From Leptogorgia sarmentosa (taxonomy: Eukaryota), in assembly GCA_964658305.1 (NCBI GenBank), contig OZ210885.1, positions 18,910,001 through 18,974,000 on the forward strand: a stretch of 64,000 nucleotides of DNA, written 5' to 3'. The position numbers and the translations under genes are program-made. Under the pieces are notes generated by a model. It saw only the letters and a list, made by a program, of their open reading frames with translations, had not been told where the DNA came from and did no database searches. This document shows, one piece after another, positions 62,001 to 64,000 of this stretch. The first letter of the stretch is position 1. The number at the start of each line of letters is the position of its first letter.

Positions 62001-64000
62001 ATGGCTTCGACATCACAGGAAAACGCAATCGGGAACTGCCGAAACCTCAATAGGACGCCAAGTAGACAATTTATCTGGTCGGAGCCTTGCAGCAGGTGTT
62101 GATTCAATGATTCGCCGCGATAACTGGCGCTGCAGTCGAATACGACGCGAAGCTTCTTAGGCTTCTGAGGGTGATAAACCCCGTGATGTGGGATGTACCA
62201 TGTGTGGTTGACTTCGTTCTTCGACCCAACATCGGGAACTGGTTCCGCATGACCCTTTTCTAGGAGCTCGTTCATGAATGAGGTGTATTGTTCATGATAA
62301 CGTTTGTCTTTCTGCAATCGGCTTCTAAGTCTGTTCAGGCGACTCAGTGCAGATAATCTGTTGTTTGGCAGTTCTGGTGTAGCATTTCGAAAGGGTAATG
62401 GCATCTCGTAGTGACCATTAAGAGCCTCGTGTATCCCGTTTTGTAGCTGTTCCATGAACTTCATATCATCCTGGGAGACTGGGTTATCGCCTTCGCTTCG
62501 TTCTGAGAAATCTAATTCCATCATGCGTCTCACTTCCTGAGGGTTAATGACTTCCTTGGCAGTCGTGGTCGTGCGAAAGGTGCACGTCCTGGCGGGATCT
62601 CGAGCAGCAGTTACTGGTAGAGTTACGATTCTATGCACAACAGATCTCTTGTCATCGGTGTCAGGCTCGTTGGTGTTTACGGATCCAATTATTCCCCATC
62701 CCAACTCAGTTTGCTGGGCGTAGGGTTCGTTGCCTTGACCTGGTACAACTCTTCGAGGTACTATCGCACGTGGACAGTTCGCACCAATTAATAGTCCGAC
62801 CTCGATATCGTTGTCGTACGGTGCTAATTCGGCCGCGATCGTTGTCAGATGATTCCATTCCATTGCCATCTCGGGACGTGGGATCTGAAATCTTCGCACT
62901 GGAATATCCGGGCACGAAAATGCTTGCGGCAGAGGTATCTGAGTGCTGCGATTGAAGTCGCTAACCACGAGGCCATTGATCTTGGTAGTTTGGACAACTT
63001 CATTTGCGGCGTGCATGGTCGAAAGAGAAATTTGTGTCACATGCCCCTTGATCCCCAGTTCTTCGAGAATGTCCTGTGAAACAAACGTGGCGTCAGATTG
63101 TTCGTCGAGTACAGCGTAGACAGGTATGGCTTCGGCTTCCTCATTACCGCGGTACAGCCAAACGGGAACAATCATCGAGCTAACGGCACCGTTGCATTTA
63201 GTGCTGGTAGATTTGCAAACGACCTCCTTCGGTTCCTCCGAAGATTTTGTTTCAGAGGGTTTGTTATTCTTGCGCACGTTCTTCGTGTCTCCATGCAGTG
63301 ATGTAGGGTGGGCCTTGTTGCAGCTAGCACATCTTTTCCGATTCTTGCATTCTCTGGATACATGTCCCTTTCCCAGGCATCCAAAGCACAAAGAGTTCAG
63401 TTTCGCAAACTCTTTCCTTGCCGGGACGTCCATGCTCATGTAAGTTTTGCACGACTCTAGTTCGTGAACCTCTTCGCACATAGCGCACACGGGGATCGCA
63501 GATTTGCTTGATCCGGTACTCTTGTCGACATTCGTTGCCATCGATCTAACAAATTCCTTGCCACTAGATCGTTGAAACGCATTTCGGGGTTTTCCAAAGT
63601 CTCTTGACTTTCGATACGCTTTCGGGTCGTCGTCCACAGGTGCCTTGCGCTGGGCAAGGTTGGTTGGATCGCACGCGATGTCTGCCTCCACAACGACGTA
63701 TCGGACGAACTCGGAAAATGGAGGATATTGTTTCTTCTCATTCTTCCATTTGTACACTGTCCTCGCCCATCTGGTGACAGCCCATTTCGGTAGCTTGAAA
63801 GACATCTTGTAGATCTCTTGATCATCGTTGAGAGCCTTTAAGCTGTCGACGGTGCTCATGGCCCTTTCGCATTGCACCAGGAAATCCGCATATGTTCGCA
63901 ATCCCAGGCTATCCTGCGCGGGAATCGGAGGCCACGTTTCTAACTTCTTGCGAAACGCTGAGGCAACTGCAAACGGGTCACCGAAACGTTTACGTAGCAT
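59077..64000 (-). pseudogene. BEL gag-pol with frameshift near 61930 and stop at 60202
   Basis: CFGCLGKGH knuckle, VLDEQSDATF protease, WYIPHHGV/VVFDCSA/FYVDD RT, HHFADAS RNase H, GVDYFGP/CDQGTN integrase. Confidence 0.93.

Larger units (their letters stand above)
58673..64000 (-). mobile_element. Second BEL/Pao retrotransposon (different family), 5' part outside window
   Basis: gag-pol motifs, PPT and LTR. Confidence 0.93.

Overview
Eukaryotic (spliceosomal introns; AT-rich; transposon repertoire typical of an invertebrate, most like a cnidarian, which is inference only) 64-kb window made almost entirely of nested transposable elements, with no recognisable single-copy host gene, RNA gene or CRISPR. 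Left to right: a degenerate zinc-finger/tyrosine-recombinase gene with a BEL/Pao element in its intron; an Academ-like RecQ helicase gene split by a young, intact Gypsy element that lacks a tRNA PBS and instead has a 17-nt LTR-complementary (self-priming-like) site; several IS3EU-like elements (one with an intact transposase plus a convergent SAM-like/UBX/HECT ligase gene, one apparently carrying an alpha-kinase); a complete but degenerate hAT element; a 4.3-kb non-coding foldback element inside a KDZ transposase relic; a Harbinger, a deleted Tc1/mariner, MITEs and non-LTR relics; an Academ relic, a SAM-domain gene, a KolobokP-like element and a second BEL element running off the right edge. 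Family assignments come from motif recognition by eye, not database searches.
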